Shown in pieces: positions 9,308 through 19,016 of a DNA stretch of 64,000 bases. A model generated the notes under the pieces. The model ran no database searches. It was not told where the DNA came from and was given only the letters and a program-made list of their open reading frames with translations. Source of the DNA: an uncultured Verrucomicrobiae bacterium (GTDB lineage: Bacteria > Verrucomicrobiota > Verrucomicrobiia > Chthoniobacterales > JAFAMB01); assembly GCA_963762565.1 (NCBI GenBank), contig CAVXLD010000005.1:192001-256000 (forward strand), read 5' to 3'. Each line of letters starts with the position of its first letter. Positions within the stretch are counted from its first letter, which is position 1. The position numbers were made by a program, and so were the translations under genes.

Positions 9308-10336
9308 ATGAGAATTGCTTTAGATGCGATGGGTGGCGATTACGCCCCGAAAAATACAATTGAAGGTGCTGCCTTAGCGCTCCAAGCCCTGCCCGAGATT
9401 GAAAAGCTGGTTTTGGTCGGTAGCACCCCAGCTATCGAAGTCGAATTGCAGCGTGTGGGCTGTCGTGACTCGCGCATCGAGATTTTTCACGCCACCGAGG
9501 TTGTCGATATGCATGAATCCGCTGCCAGAGCCATCCGGCAGAAGAAAGATTCATCCGTCGCGCGAGCAATCGACCTGGTAAAGAATAATACAGTCCAAGC
9601 CATGGTGTCTGCCGGCCATACCGGAGCGGTAGTGGCGGCATCCGTATTGAAGTTGCGAACTCTCCCGGGCATCATTAGGCCGGCGGTCTCTTGTCTGATT
9701 CCTACCGAAACCAAGTTGTTCGTGCTGATCGATGCCGGCGCCAATCCCGATTCCGATGCCCATCACATGGTCCAATTCGCGATTATGGGCAGCATTTACG
9801 CCCGCTATGTCCTGAACCGACAGAATCCGAGGATCGGGCTGATGTCCATCGGTGAGGAGGACACGACTGGAAACGAAACCACCAAAGAGGCGTTCAAGCT
9901 ATTGAAACGCACCCGGTTGAATTTCTACGGGAACATTGAAGGCTTCGATCTATTTGCAAATCCGGTGGATGTGGTCGTTTGCGATGGATTCACCGGTAAT
10001 GTCGTGCTGAAGACGGCCGAAGCGGCGGCTATAGCTATTTTTGCATCTTTAAAGCACGAGCTCTTCAAGAGTCCGATTCGCAAGTTGGGAGCGTCCTTCG
10101 CCAAAGGCGCATTCCAGACTATCCGGCGGAAAATGAATCCGGATACCTACGGAGGCAGCCAATTACTGGGAGTCAATGGCATCTGCATCATTGCGCACGG
10201 CGCCAGTTCTCCACTGGCGATCAAAAACGCCATTCGCGCGGCTGCAGATTCAATCAAGTACGAACTGAACCCTCAGATTATCAAAGAGATCGAAGCCTGC
10301 GAGGCGAGTCTCAAGGAGACAGCGAATAGCCAGTAG
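9308..10336 (+). CDS. plsX: Phosphate acyltransferase PlsX
   Basis: MRIALDAMGGDYAP, SAGHTGA, DVVVCDGFTGNVVLKT, LLGVNG..IIAHG. Confidence 0.97.
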   Translation: MRIALDAMGGDYAPKNTIEGAALALQALPEIEKLVLVGSTPAIEVELQRVGCRDSRIEIFHATEVVDMHESAARAIRQKKDSSVARAIDLVKNNTVQAMVSAGHTGAVVAASVLKLRTLPGIIRPAVSCLIPTETKLFVLIDAGANPDSDAHHMVQFAIMGSIYARYVLNRQNPRIGLMSIGEEDTTGNETTKEAFKLLKRTRLNFYGNIEGFDLFANPVDVVVCDGFTGNVVLKTAEAAAIAIFASLKHELFKSPIRKLGASFAKGAFQTIRRKMNPDTYGGSQLLGVNGICIIAHGASSPLAIKNAIRAAADSIKYELNPQIIKEIEACEASLKETANSQ

Positions 10337-10352
10337 GGAGGCGGTCGGAACG

Positions 10353-10476
10353 GGGAGGGATCGCGTCCTCGCGATCCGTGAAGGCGTTCCTAACCTTGAG
10401 GCGTGTTTTTAGTCATTCAACAATCGCCTGGCGCTCGACTTCGCGAACAACGGCGCGCGGGGACGCGCGCCCTCCC
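10353..10476. repeat. Family A REPIN
   Basis: GGGAGGGATCGCGTCCTCGCGATCCG...CGGCGCGCGGGGACGCGCGCCCTCCC. Confidence 0.9.
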
Positions 10477-10517
10477 GATTTGGGCGAAGGCCGGCGTCTG
10501 TGTTCAAACTTTTTTCC

Positions 10518-10551
10518 GCAAAAGTCCGACAGAAATAGCAAAACTGCGACA
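10518..10551 (+). promoter_or_regulatory. Tandem direct-repeat operator, AraC-like
   Basis: GCAAAA-N3-CGACA twice at 20-bp period; same pair at 11999-12032. Confidence 0.6.
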
Positions 10552-10691
10552 GCAGGGTAGGTCCGACCTGCTGTAGTAATCCTACGTGGGGAGGGGCTTT
10601 TCTGGGGTTAAGCCGGCAATTTCCCGACCGGTGGAACTGATTTGCTAGCCGCACTCGCGAAAACGATTAAATTGGGAGCAATACTACAGCT

Positions 10692-11744
10692 ATGAATAAT
10701 ACAAAGGCTTATGCCGCTAACAGCCCGACCGATCCGTTGGGCCCGTTCAGTTTTCAGCGGCGCGACGTTGGCCCGCACGATGTCCAAATTGATATCCTCT
10801 ATTGCGGAGTCTGCCATTCCGATATTCACCAAGCCCGCGATGAGTGGGGCGGTTCTATCTATCCGATGGTGCCTGGTCACGAGATTGTTGGGCGAGTGAT
10901 CAAGACCGGCAATCACGTAACCAAATTCAAAGCAGGTGATCTGGCTGGAGTCGGATGTTTCGTCGATTCCTGTCGCGAATGCCCGGAATGCAGAGCTGGC
11001 CTCGAGCAGTATTGCGACAAAGGGATGAGTGCTACGTATAACGGTTACGAGCAGGACAAAAAAACGCCGACCTATGGCGGCTATTCTACCCAGATTGTCG
11101 TGGATGAAAATTATGTGCTGTCTGTTTCTCCAAAGCTGGCTGTAGAAGGGGTAGGGCCTCTGTTGTGTGCCGGTATCACGACTTACTCGCCGCTTCGCCA
11201 CTGGAAAGTCGGACCGGGGCAGAAGGTTGCCGTTCTTGGGCTGGGCGGATTAGGTCATATGGCGGTCAAGCTAGCGTCGTCCTTTGGTGCTGAGGTCACC
11301 ATGCTGAGCACATCTGCCTCAAAGGAGGCCGACGCGAAGCGCCTCGGTGCTGAACGGTTTGTGCTGACAAAGGATCCGGAAGCGTTCAGCAAATTGGCTA
11401 AAACGTTCGATGTCATTATCGATACCGTCTCCGCGCAACACGACTTGGAACCCTATTTTTCGACTTTGAAAACGGACGGGGTCCTCGTGCTCGTTGGTCT
11501 CCCGCCTGAACCGCTCCCGGTATCGGGTTTCAGCCTGGTACCGAAACGCAGGAGCCTGGTTGGGTCGATGATCGGTGGGATTCAGGAAACTCAGGAAATG
11601 CTGGATTACTGCGCCGCACATAACATCACGTCTGACGTGGAAGTGATTCCGATCCAACAAATCAACGAGGCTTGGGAACGCACGATCAAGGGCCAGGTGA
11701 AATATCGGTTCGTGATCGATATCGCATCCTTGAAGAGCGAGTAA
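10692..11744 (+). CDS. Zn-dependent NAD(P)-dependent alcohol dehydrogenase (CAD/YahK-like)
   Basis: CGVCHSD, GHEIVG, structural Cys cluster, GLGGLG, YRFVID. Confidence 0.95.
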   Translation: MNNTKAYAANSPTDPLGPFSFQRRDVGPHDVQIDILYCGVCHSDIHQARDEWGGSIYPMVPGHEIVGRVIKTGNHVTKFKAGDLAGVGCFVDSCRECPECRAGLEQYCDKGMSATYNGYEQDKKTPTYGGYSTQIVVDENYVLSVSPKLAVEGVGPLLCAGITTYSPLRHWKVGPGQKVAVLGLGGLGHMAVKLASSFGAEVTMLSTSASKEADAKRLGAERFVLTKDPEAFSKLAKTFDVIIDTVSAQHDLEPYFSTLKTDGVLVLVGLPPEPLPVSGFSLVPKRRSLVGSMIGGIQETQEMLDYCAAHNITSDVEVIPIQQINEAWERTIKGQVKYRFVIDIASLKSE

Positions 11745-11998
11745 GGGACGGCGCATTGGAGGCGACGCGCCGGAGCATGGATAGCGTTTCGGTGGGTGCA
11801 GTGTGGGGCAGAGCGCCCGAATAGGACTTATAGGACCGATATGACTTATAGGTCATATAGGTCCTATCCGTTGTCAGCATCTATGGTGATGAGGCACCTG
11901 AGCCTTTGCTGGGCGCCTTAGTGGCTCTCTGGGAGACGTCGGGCTTCGCGAACGGCGGATCGCGAGGACGCGATCCCTCCCGGCGTGGCTCTTTTTCC

Positions 11999-12032
11999 GC
12001 AAAAACCCGACAAGCTCAGCAAAACCCCGAGA
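11999..12032 (+). promoter_or_regulatory. Tandem direct-repeat operator, AraC-like
   Basis: GCAAAAACCCGACA and GCAAAACCCCGAGA at 20-bp period. Confidence 0.6.
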
Positions 12033-12277
12033 GAGGGATCGGGTGGCGGACTGTATGTTCGGCTTGTGAGAATTGACTCAGGAATGAACAATAATAAGGC
12101 GCGTGTTCGCACTAGTCCGGCCTCCTTAATCTTTTCGGCGGTTTGGGGGTTCGATTCTGCTTCGACGACCTGCGGGCGTCGCAAGCGAAAGGAATTAGCG
12201 ACCCTGTACGCCGCGTACGCCTCCTTTCTAACCCACTAACTAAACGTTCAAGATAGAAATACCTAACGAATCATATT

Positions 12278-13276
12278 ATGGCATCGATTCCTTTTCGTCC
12301 GCTTGGCAGTTCCGGCATCAACGTCTCTGCCCTCGGTTTGGGCTGCATGGGGATGACTTGGGCTTACGGGCCCAGTGATGAAGCAGAAGCACTGCGGGTT
12401 CTGCGGCGCTACGTTGAGTTAGGCGGCAATTTTCTTGATACCGCCGAAGTCTACGGTCCTTACACGAACGAAGAATTGCTCGGACGATTTCTCCGGGAAG
12501 TACCCCGGGAAAGAGTGGCGGTGGCAACGAAGTTCGGTTTCAAATTGGTCAACGGCGAGCGGCTAGGGCTGGATAGTTCGCCGGAGAACATCCGCCGTGC
12601 CTGCGATGGCAGTCTACGCCGGCTAGGCATCGACCACATCGATCTGTATTATCAACATCGGGTCGATCCTAATGTGCCGATCGAAGATACCATTAGTGCG
12701 GCTAAGGAGTTGGTTGCGGCTGGAAAGGTCCGGGCCATTGGCTTGTCTGAGGCTCATCCGGACACGATTCGGCGAGCGGCCAAAGTGCATCCGATCGCGG
12801 CGCTGCAGAATGAGTATTCGCTCTGGACGCGCGACATCGAAACCAACGGCACTCTGGCGACCTGTCGAGAATTGGGGATCACGCTTGTTCCCTATAGCCC
12901 GTTAGGGCGCGGCTTCTTAACGGGAGCGATCCAGAAACCTTCCGATCTCGACCCGAGCGATTGGCGGTTAACTAATCCGCGCTTCGCTGAAGCGGTGTTT
13001 GAGACTAACCTCAAACTTGCTGAGGCGGTGAAAGCGCTGGCCGCGAAGAAAAACTGTACACCCGCTCAGTTCGCTCTGGCCTGGGTTCTGGCTCAAGGGA
13101 ACGATATGATCCCGATCCCGGGCACCAAGCGGCTGAAGTATCTGGAAGACAACATGGGCGCGCTAGCCGTGCAGCTAACCGAGGCCGATCTGAAGGAGAC
13201 AAATGCGACCTTCAGCGAGCTGGCCGTGGCCGGCGAACGTTATACGCCCGAGTTGATGGCCGCGGTGCATCGCTAA
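12278..13276 (+). CDS. Aldo/keto reductase
   Basis: [36 protein letters not shown]. Confidence 0.95.
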   Translation: MASIPFRPLGSSGINVSALGLGCMGMTWAYGPSDEAEALRVLRRYVELGGNFLDTAEVYGPYTNEELLGRFLREVPRERVAVATKFGFKLVNGERLGLDSSPENIRRACDGSLRRLGIDHIDLYYQHRVDPNVPIEDTISAAKELVAAGKVRAIGLSEAHPDTIRRAAKVHPIAALQNEYSLWTRDIETNGTLATCRELGITLVPYSPLGRGFLTGAIQKPSDLDPSDWRLTNPRFAEAVFETNLKLAEAVKALAAKKNCTPAQFALAWVLAQGNDMIPIPGTKRLKYLEDNMGALAVQLTEADLKETNATFSELAVAGERYTPELMAAVHR

Positions 13277-13279
13277 TCG

Positions 13280-13401
13280 GGGAGGGCGCGCGTCCCCGCG
13301 CGCCGCGAGGGTGTGCCACAACCCTAAGGCGTATTTTCACCCGAGATCACAATACATCCTCGGCTTCGGTAACCACGGATCGCGAGGACGCGATCCCTCC
13401 C
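13280..13401. repeat. Family A REPIN (canonical 122-bp form)
   Basis: GGGAGGGCGCGCGTCCCCGCGCGCCG-N70-CGGATCGCGAGGACGCGATCCCTCCC. Confidence 0.9.
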
Positions 13402-13626
13402 GGCGTTGGGCCTGGCACTCAATCCGAGAACGGAGGCGCCGCGAGCGGCGCGACGGTGTAAGCGCGCCCGCATCCGGTCTGTCAAGGGAACGTTACTTGA
13501 CACTATTAAAGCCCGACCTATCAAATAGGGCTTCTCGCGAACATGGAGGATTCATTACCGGATGTTGATGCTGTTCCCAAGGCGTGGTTGTTCGATTTGG
13601 GCCCCGGTCGAGCGCAAATCCAGTAA

Positions 13627-13661
13627 ATTAGTGTTAGCTAATATTATTTGTTCACACTAAT
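13627..13661. promoter_or_regulatory. Double palindromic box, candidate DtxR/MntR-type operator
   Basis: ATTAG-N6-CTAAT (13627-13642) and ATTTG-N6-CTAAT (13646-13661). Confidence 0.5.
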
Positions 13662-13683
13662 ATCGCCAGCTTTACACCTTTCT

Positions 13684-15087
13684 GTGATCAATACCGCGAG
13701 ACTTTCCTTTCAGCTCCTGATCGTCTCTGCCCTCATAATTCCGTTCACCTTCGCCGCACGGGCACAGGATAACTCGCTACAGACCGCCGACGACTCTGAC
13801 GGCAAAACGCCGGTCCCCCTGGAAAAGAAGGCAGAACCGTCAGAGGCACCCGAACAACAGAACTGGGCCATTCATGTCGACGCGATTGAAGTCTTTCAAG
13901 GCCAACCAGGGTTTCATGCACCCTATAGCGGCACGAACAGCCTGTATCCGGACGAAACCTTTGACCAGACCAGCGAGGCCGATCTTTTTATCGATTTTCG
14001 TCTCTGGCCGGGCGCCGAATTTTATTTCAACCCTGAGTACTATCAGGGTTTCGGTCTGGGCATTACCCATGGGCTCGTCGACTTTCCGAATTCGATGGCC
14101 TACAAAGTTGGCAAATATCGAGGCGACGTAAATATTCCGCATCTTTTCATTCGCCAGATCATCGGTTTCGGTGGCGAACAAGAGCAACTGGACGCTGACG
14201 AACTGCAATTGGCTGAGAAAGTCGACATTTCGCGGCTAACCATCCAAGTCGGGAGAATGGCGGTTACCGATATCTTCGATAATAACGCTTATGCACACAA
14301 TCCAAGAGGCGATTTTCTTAACTGGGGCGCGGTCGATGGCATCGCTTTTGACTACCCGGCGGATGCGCTCGGGTATGAAGAAGGTGCGACCATTGAGCTG
14401 AACCAGAAAGGATGGGCCTTACGATACGCCTGGTTCACGATTCCGGAGCGTGGCAATCAAAACGCGACCAACGGCCGATATCTCGAGGGTTGGGATCAAG
14501 TTATTGAACTGGAGGAGCGCTACAACCTATTCGGCCATCCAGGTAAGCTCCGTCTCTTGGGATATCTCGAGCGAGCGAATATGGGCAGTTACCGAGCGAC
14601 CACAGACGAACCAAGTCTGCAGGCGGATATTATCGCGACGCGAAGATACCGATTAACCGAGGGGTTCGAAATCAACTTCGAACAAGAAATTACTTCGGAT
14701 CTCGGTGCCTTTCTTCGCCTGAGCGCGCGCAATCCGAACTATGAGGCCTGGCAATTCACTGATGCTTCGCGTGGCTTGGAAGTCGGTCTCTCTCTCAAGG
14801 GCACTGCTTGGCGGCGCCCGGACGACACGGTTGGGATAGCAGAGATGGCCACAGGAATCGGCCGCGCAGAGCAGGCTTGGTTCAACGCTGGCGGCCTCGG
14901 CATCTTGGCCGGCGATGGCAAACTACCGAATTACGGTCTCGAGAATGTGATTGAATTCTATTACAACTTCGAAGTCTACAAAGGGATTAACTTTACCTTC
15001 GATTATCAATTCGTGGCGAACCCGGCTTTCAACGAGGACCGCGGACCGGTCAATATTATCGGCGGGCGTATTGATGTGAAATTCTGA
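13684..15087 (+). CDS. OprB-family porin (resembles high-affinity Mn2+ porin MnoP C-domain)
   Basis: Signal peptide; PYSGTNSL, FDNNAYAHNPR..FLNW, NPAFNEDRGPV; C-terminal Phe; start uncertain (13648 or 13684). Confidence 0.85.
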   Translation: MINTARLSFQLLIVSALIIPFTFAARAQDNSLQTADDSDGKTPVPLEKKAEPSEAPEQQNWAIHVDAIEVFQGQPGFHAPYSGTNSLYPDETFDQTSEADLFIDFRLWPGAEFYFNPEYYQGFGLGITHGLVDFPNSMAYKVGKYRGDVNIPHLFIRQIIGFGGEQEQLDADELQLAEKVDISRLTIQVGRMAVTDIFDNNAYAHNPRGDFLNWGAVDGIAFDYPADALGYEEGATIELNQKGWALRYAWFTIPERGNQNATNGRYLEGWDQVIELEERYNLFGHPGKLRLLGYLERANMGSYRATTDEPSLQADIIATRRYRLTEGFEINFEQEITSDLGAFLRLSARNPNYEAWQFTDASRGLEVGLSLKGTAWRRPDDTVGIAEMATGIGRAEQAWFNAGGLGILAGDGKLPNYGLENVIEFYYNFEVYKGINFTFDYQFVANPAFNEDRGPVNIIGGRIDVKF

Positions 15088-15219
15088 GAAGGAGTTCCAG
15101 CTGTTCCAGGCTTGCCCGACGTAGCTTTCCATTCTGTCGGTTGAGATTTCTGTCGGCGGCGAAGTCATCTGCTATTTGCTATTTCCTCAGGGTCGCTCCT
15201 AGCTCCTAGCTTCTAGATC

Positions 15220-16245
15220 CTAGCTCCTCAAGATTTCTTCCGACTCGTTCACCTTGCTTCCGCGGAACAGACGGCGCCCCTCGATAATTTGCCAGACAAT
15301 CAAGCCCGGCACGGTAAACAAGGCTTCCCGTCCGCGCCGGATCAAAGAAAGCGCGAGAGCAATATCGCCGGGGATCCCTAGCAGGCCGCAGACCACGACC
15401 ATGCCACCCTCGAATACACCGAGACCGGCGGGAACGATAAACAAGACCGTGCGAACCCCCTGGCCGATGATCTCGACAATCCCAGCGGTCAGGAAACTCG
15501 CGTGTACTCCGAGTGCGAAAAGCGCTATCCAGGTTTCCAGGCTGGCGATGAACCAGGTGACAATCCACAGCAGGCTATAGATCAGTAAAGCCGCGCGCCG
15601 GGAGTAAAGGGAGCGCAGTGTTTGGTCAAACGTCGCGCCTCCTCTGGTGAACGAATCCCATTTAGAAATGTCTTTTACTCGCGAAATCAGGGCCGTAGTT
15701 AAGCGAAAGAACCCAAGTCGCTGGATAACGCAGAACGCCAGCACAGCCAGCAAGGCAATCACTCCGGCAGCAGAAATGGGAAGATAGAGACGCTGGAGAC
15801 CAGTGATGCTCGCGATCAAAAGCATGGCGCCGACGGTGAACAAAATTCTCAATGTGATGCTAAGCGTCATGTTCACGACGATGACGGCGGCTGCCAGGGT
15901 CGTAGATATCCCTCTAGTGATAGTAGCCAGACGGGTAGTTAGAATGTCACCGCCAAGTCGGGACGAAGGCAAAATGTCATTCACTGACCCGCCAACCCAT
16001 CGGATCCAGACAGCGGCGAGAAGCCTGGGTCGATTTGGCTTCGGAAAAAGCGCTGCCCAAGCAGCGCCATCGCTAAATAATCGCCCTGTACTGATCGCTA
16101 CAATGACCGGGAACGCCCAGCTCGCATGGGCGAGAGCGGCGATGATTTTGGCGGCGCCTTCGCGAACGATCAGCGCGGTCAATAGCGCCGCGCCAGCGAC
16201 ACCCAAAACGTACCCGATTAGCCGAATTCTAGATCCCTTTTTCAT
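15220..16245 (-). CDS. Lysylphosphatidylglycerol synthase TM / HpnL-like flippase domain protein
   Basis: Multi-TM; VNDILPSSRLGGD, VPAGLGVFEGG, LALSLIRRGRE. Confidence 0.85.
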   Translation of the reverse strand: MKKGSRIRLIGYVLGVAGAALLTALIVREGAAKIIAALAHASWAFPVIVAISTGRLFSDGAAWAALFPKPNRPRLLAAVWIRWVGGSVNDILPSSRLGGDILTTRLATITRGISTTLAAAVIVVNMTLSITLRILFTVGAMLLIASITGLQRLYLPISAAGVIALLAVLAFCVIQRLGFFRLTTALISRVKDISKWDSFTRGGATFDQTLRSLYSRRAALLIYSLLWIVTWFIASLETWIALFALGVHASFLTAGIVEIIGQGVRTVLFIVPAGLGVFEGGMVVVCGLLGIPGDIALALSLIRRGREALFTVPGLIVWQIIEGRRLFRGSKVNESEEILRS

Positions 16246-16269
16246 GCGCTAAACTCGCCAGAAGCTCGG

Positions 16270-16515
16270 TAAGCAATAGCAAATAGCAAAAGCGGAGTTC
16301 AAGGAGTTCAAGGGGTTGCAGGAGTTCAAGGAGAAGAGCGGTGGACGAGCTTTGGACGGAGCCGCGTGCTGTCTACTTAAAGAAATGCCACGCGACAAAG
16401 CGACCCCCAAACGTCTTGTGAGTGACACCCGGCCTCCTGATCCTGGATGCCCGCCTTGAACTCCTGTAACTCCTTGAACTCCTCGAACTCCTTCTTGTAT
16501 CTGCTATTTGCTATT
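16270..16515. repeat. Inverted arrays of (GGAGTTCAA)n and (AATAGCA)n
   Basis: Arrays at 16275-16335 mirrored at 16455-16515. Confidence 0.8.
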
Positions 16516-16546
16516 ACGGAGCGAGCTTCAGGCGAGCTCCGGAGAT

Positions 16547-17284
16547 ATGAACTCTAAGCGGTTAGTGCCATTCATTGCTGGAATACTGGCTGGCCTATTG
16601 GCCATTTGGCTCCTAGTTGCTTACTTGCTGGTTCCAATGGGTTGGAAAATGTATGCCTCCCGGCACAAAGCGATCACCGATGGACCCCGGATTACCACGA
16701 CCAGCGCTGGCATACACGGTGACCCGCTTAATCTTTCTTTTATTGGAGACGAAAACGATTTGGTATCGGCGATGTTAGCTGCCGGTTGGTATCCGGCAGA
16801 TCCAATTACTCTGAAAAGCAGCCTCCGTATCGCCGAGAGTACGATTTTTCATCGGCCTTACATCGACGCTCCGGTGAGTAATCTGATGCTGTTTGGCCGC
16901 AAAGAGGATTTAGCGTTCGAAAAACCCGTCGGAAACGATGCACGTCAACGCCATCACGTTCGCTTTTGGCAGGTGCCGGCCCAGAGCGATTCCGGTAAGC
17001 CATACTGGCTTGGCGCCATCACTTTTGATCACAGCGTTGGGTTCAGCCATACGACTGGGCAAATCACCCACCATATTGCGCCGGATGTAGATACCGAACG
17101 AGACGGTTTGATCGTTGATCTTCAACGAGCCAGTAAGGTTTCTTCAATTGATTGGGAAGACAATTTCCAAGATCCTCCCCAAGGCCGGAATGGGGGAGGT
17201 GATCCCTGGAGGACGGACGGCCGTTTGCCAGTCATTACGCTGGCGACGGCAGCGCCAGTTGCGTCCCCGAGTGCGTCGCAGTGA
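16547..17284 (+). CDS. LssY C-terminal domain protein
   Basis: GDPLNL, APVSNL.LFGRKEDLAFE, RHHVRFW, QITHHIAPDVD.ERD, GGGDPW.TDG. Confidence 0.9.
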   Translation: MNSKRLVPFIAGILAGLLAIWLLVAYLLVPMGWKMYASRHKAITDGPRITTTSAGIHGDPLNLSFIGDENDLVSAMLAAGWYPADPITLKSSLRIAESTIFHRPYIDAPVSNLMLFGRKEDLAFEKPVGNDARQRHHVRFWQVPAQSDSGKPYWLGAITFDHSVGFSHTTGQITHHIAPDVDTERDGLIVDLQRASKVSSIDWEDNFQDPPQGRNGGGDPWRTDGRLPVITLATAAPVASPSASQ

Positions 17285-17370
17285 GGGGGCGATCCTCCGG
17301 CTTCGCCCTAGCGGCGTTTTCTCCGCAATCGTCCATTCCTCGATCGTCAACGATCCAAGAAAGGAGCAGT

Positions 17371-17472
17371 ATGAACCTTCCAACTCACTTATTCTTGGAT
17401 GCAGAGATCGCTAAGAGGCGCCTCCGAGAGGAGTTTATGCCGCCGTCAGAGGCGGATTCGGACGACCGCTAA
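17371..17472 (+). CDS. Small hypothetical protein (33 aa)
   Basis: AAGGAG RBS 4 nt before ATG; MNLPTHLFLDAEIAKRRLREEFMPPSEADSDDR. Confidence 0.45.
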   Translation: MNLPTHLFLDAEIAKRRLREEFMPPSEADSDDR

Positions 17473-17529
17473 CGCGGTTTGGCCCCCTGCAAGGACGTCC
17501 AACCCAGTGGCGTCGCAGCGTGCAAATCG

Positions 17530-17678
17530 GGGAGGGCGCGCGTCCCCGCGCGCCGTTAGGACGTGCCATCACCCAAGGCCGTATTTTTGTCCGGGATTTA
17601 CAACCCGTCCTCAGCTTCGCTAATAAAGCGGATCGCGAGGACGCGATCCCTCCCGCGCGCGGCGACGCGCGCCCTCCC
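17530..17678. repeat. Family A REPIN plus extra half-REP
   Basis: Canonical ends at 17530 and 17654, extra GCGCGCGG..GCGCGCCCTCCC to 17678. Confidence 0.9.
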
Positions 17679-17694
17679 CGAACGAAGCTCCTTA

Positions 17695-18603
17695 CTAGGA
17701 AGCAAGCAACGCCTTACGTAGCTTGCACACCATCGTGTAAGCGGGATCGAATATGTTTCCTAGATCATATTCAACACATTGGCCGAGGAGAATGCTGGCG
17801 CTGACGGTGTCCAAGCCATAATCCTCGCCGAGCCAACGCAGCATTTCCGTTGTGGCATGCTGCACCGCTTGATCCAGCGGCCGAGCGTTCCCAACGGCGA
17901 AGATATATTCCTGGTTTTCGCCGCGAGGCCAACGAATCCGTTTTCCTTTGCTCAAGCGGACGGTGAATTGGACTTCCATCGAGATTTCTATCCCGGTACC
18001 GACGATCTCGCCGTCGCCTTGAGTGGCATGACCATCTCCAACATGGAGCAGAGCACCCGGCGCAAAGACGGGAAAATAGACCGTTACGCCCGCAGCAAAC
18101 CCTCGGTAATCCATATTTCCACCATGTTCAGCCGAGGTGTCAGTCGAGATCGCTTGGCCTTTCGACGGAGCTACTCCGAAGCAACCAAGCATCGGCGCCA
18201 GGGGGATGGTCAGATTTCTGAGCTTGGTATCTTTTTTCAGCAAACTGGCGGTTCCGCCCTTGTTATCGATCCGCCATTCCACCACGTCCGATTCGGGGAG
18301 CTGGCGAACAAAGGATGGATCCACCACATTCGGCGCGACCACCGAACGGGTGTACCCAATCGCCCGATTCGGCGAGATCCGATCTAACTCAACGACCAGG
18401 GTGTCACCCGGTTCTGCGCCATCGACGTAAAAGGGGCCGGTCTGGGGATTCCCTCGCGGTGTCACTTCCGTATCGCTCGCGTCCTTACCCCAAGCATCAA
18501 CCGTGGTCGTGATGACGGTATCGCCGTTCGCGATGTGCAACACCGGCGGATGCGAACCGATAACAGTGTGATAATGAGTGGGCTGGAAATGGTGGGTCGC
18601 CAT
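17695..18603 (-). CDS. Acetamidase/formamidase family protein
   Basis: NPQTGPFYVDGAEPGD, HGGNMD, GDGHATQGDGE, GTGIE. Confidence 0.93.
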   Translation of the reverse strand: MATHHFQPTHYHTVIGSHPPVLHIANGDTVITTTVDAWGKDASDTEVTPRGNPQTGPFYVDGAEPGDTLVVELDRISPNRAIGYTRSVVAPNVVDPSFVRQLPESDVVEWRIDNKGGTASLLKKDTKLRNLTIPLAPMLGCFGVAPSKGQAISTDTSAEHGGNMDYRGFAAGVTVYFPVFAPGALLHVGDGHATQGDGEIVGTGIEISMEVQFTVRLSKGKRIRWPRGENQEYIFAVGNARPLDQAVQHATTEMLRWLGEDYGLDTVSASILLGQCVEYDLGNIFDPAYTMVCKLRKALLAS

Positions 18604-18690
18604 GGTCTGATCTCACGCGATGTGGTCGTGGACGCAAGGACCGAGTGGGCGAAACGGCGAAACGGCGCACGCGCGAATGGGCGAGACGCC

Positions 18691-18964
18691 TGGAGGGGAG
18701 CCGCTTTGGCGCGTGCCCAAGAATCCCGCGAATTTGCTCCGTCATGATCACGGCCGAGAAGCGTGCACAACAAGCGGCTCCCGCGATTGACCCAGCGCTA
18801 CGTTAGTTCTCCGGCCCGCGCAGAAAACGAATCAATGAAGCGTTGGATGAAGCATCCCGTTGGGTAATTTCCGGGAGCCGCTTGCTTTCACGTTTTCAAG
18901 CCAGGCTCGCGATATGACAAATATCGTGAGGTCTTTAGGCGCGCGCCAAAGCGGCTCCCCTCCA
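18691..18964. repeat. Family B REPIN-like element (about 270 bp)
   Basis: TGGAGGGGAGCCGCTTTGG...CCAAAGCGGCTCCCCTCCA; internal GCGGCTCCCG / CGGGAGCCGC. Confidence 0.9.
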
Positions 18965-19016
18965 GGCGCTCCGCGCCCGGTCGCCGTCTCGCCCATTCGC
19001 CCATTCGCCGTTTCAC

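Noticed and set aside
9200..10500. rpmF-plsX-fabH operon
   Set aside because: Neither neighbour is present; plsX is flanked by repeats.
12145..12200. tRNA or tmRNA (GGGGGTTCGATTC...TTCGAC)
   Set aside because: No cloverleaf, acceptor stem or CCA end could be built.
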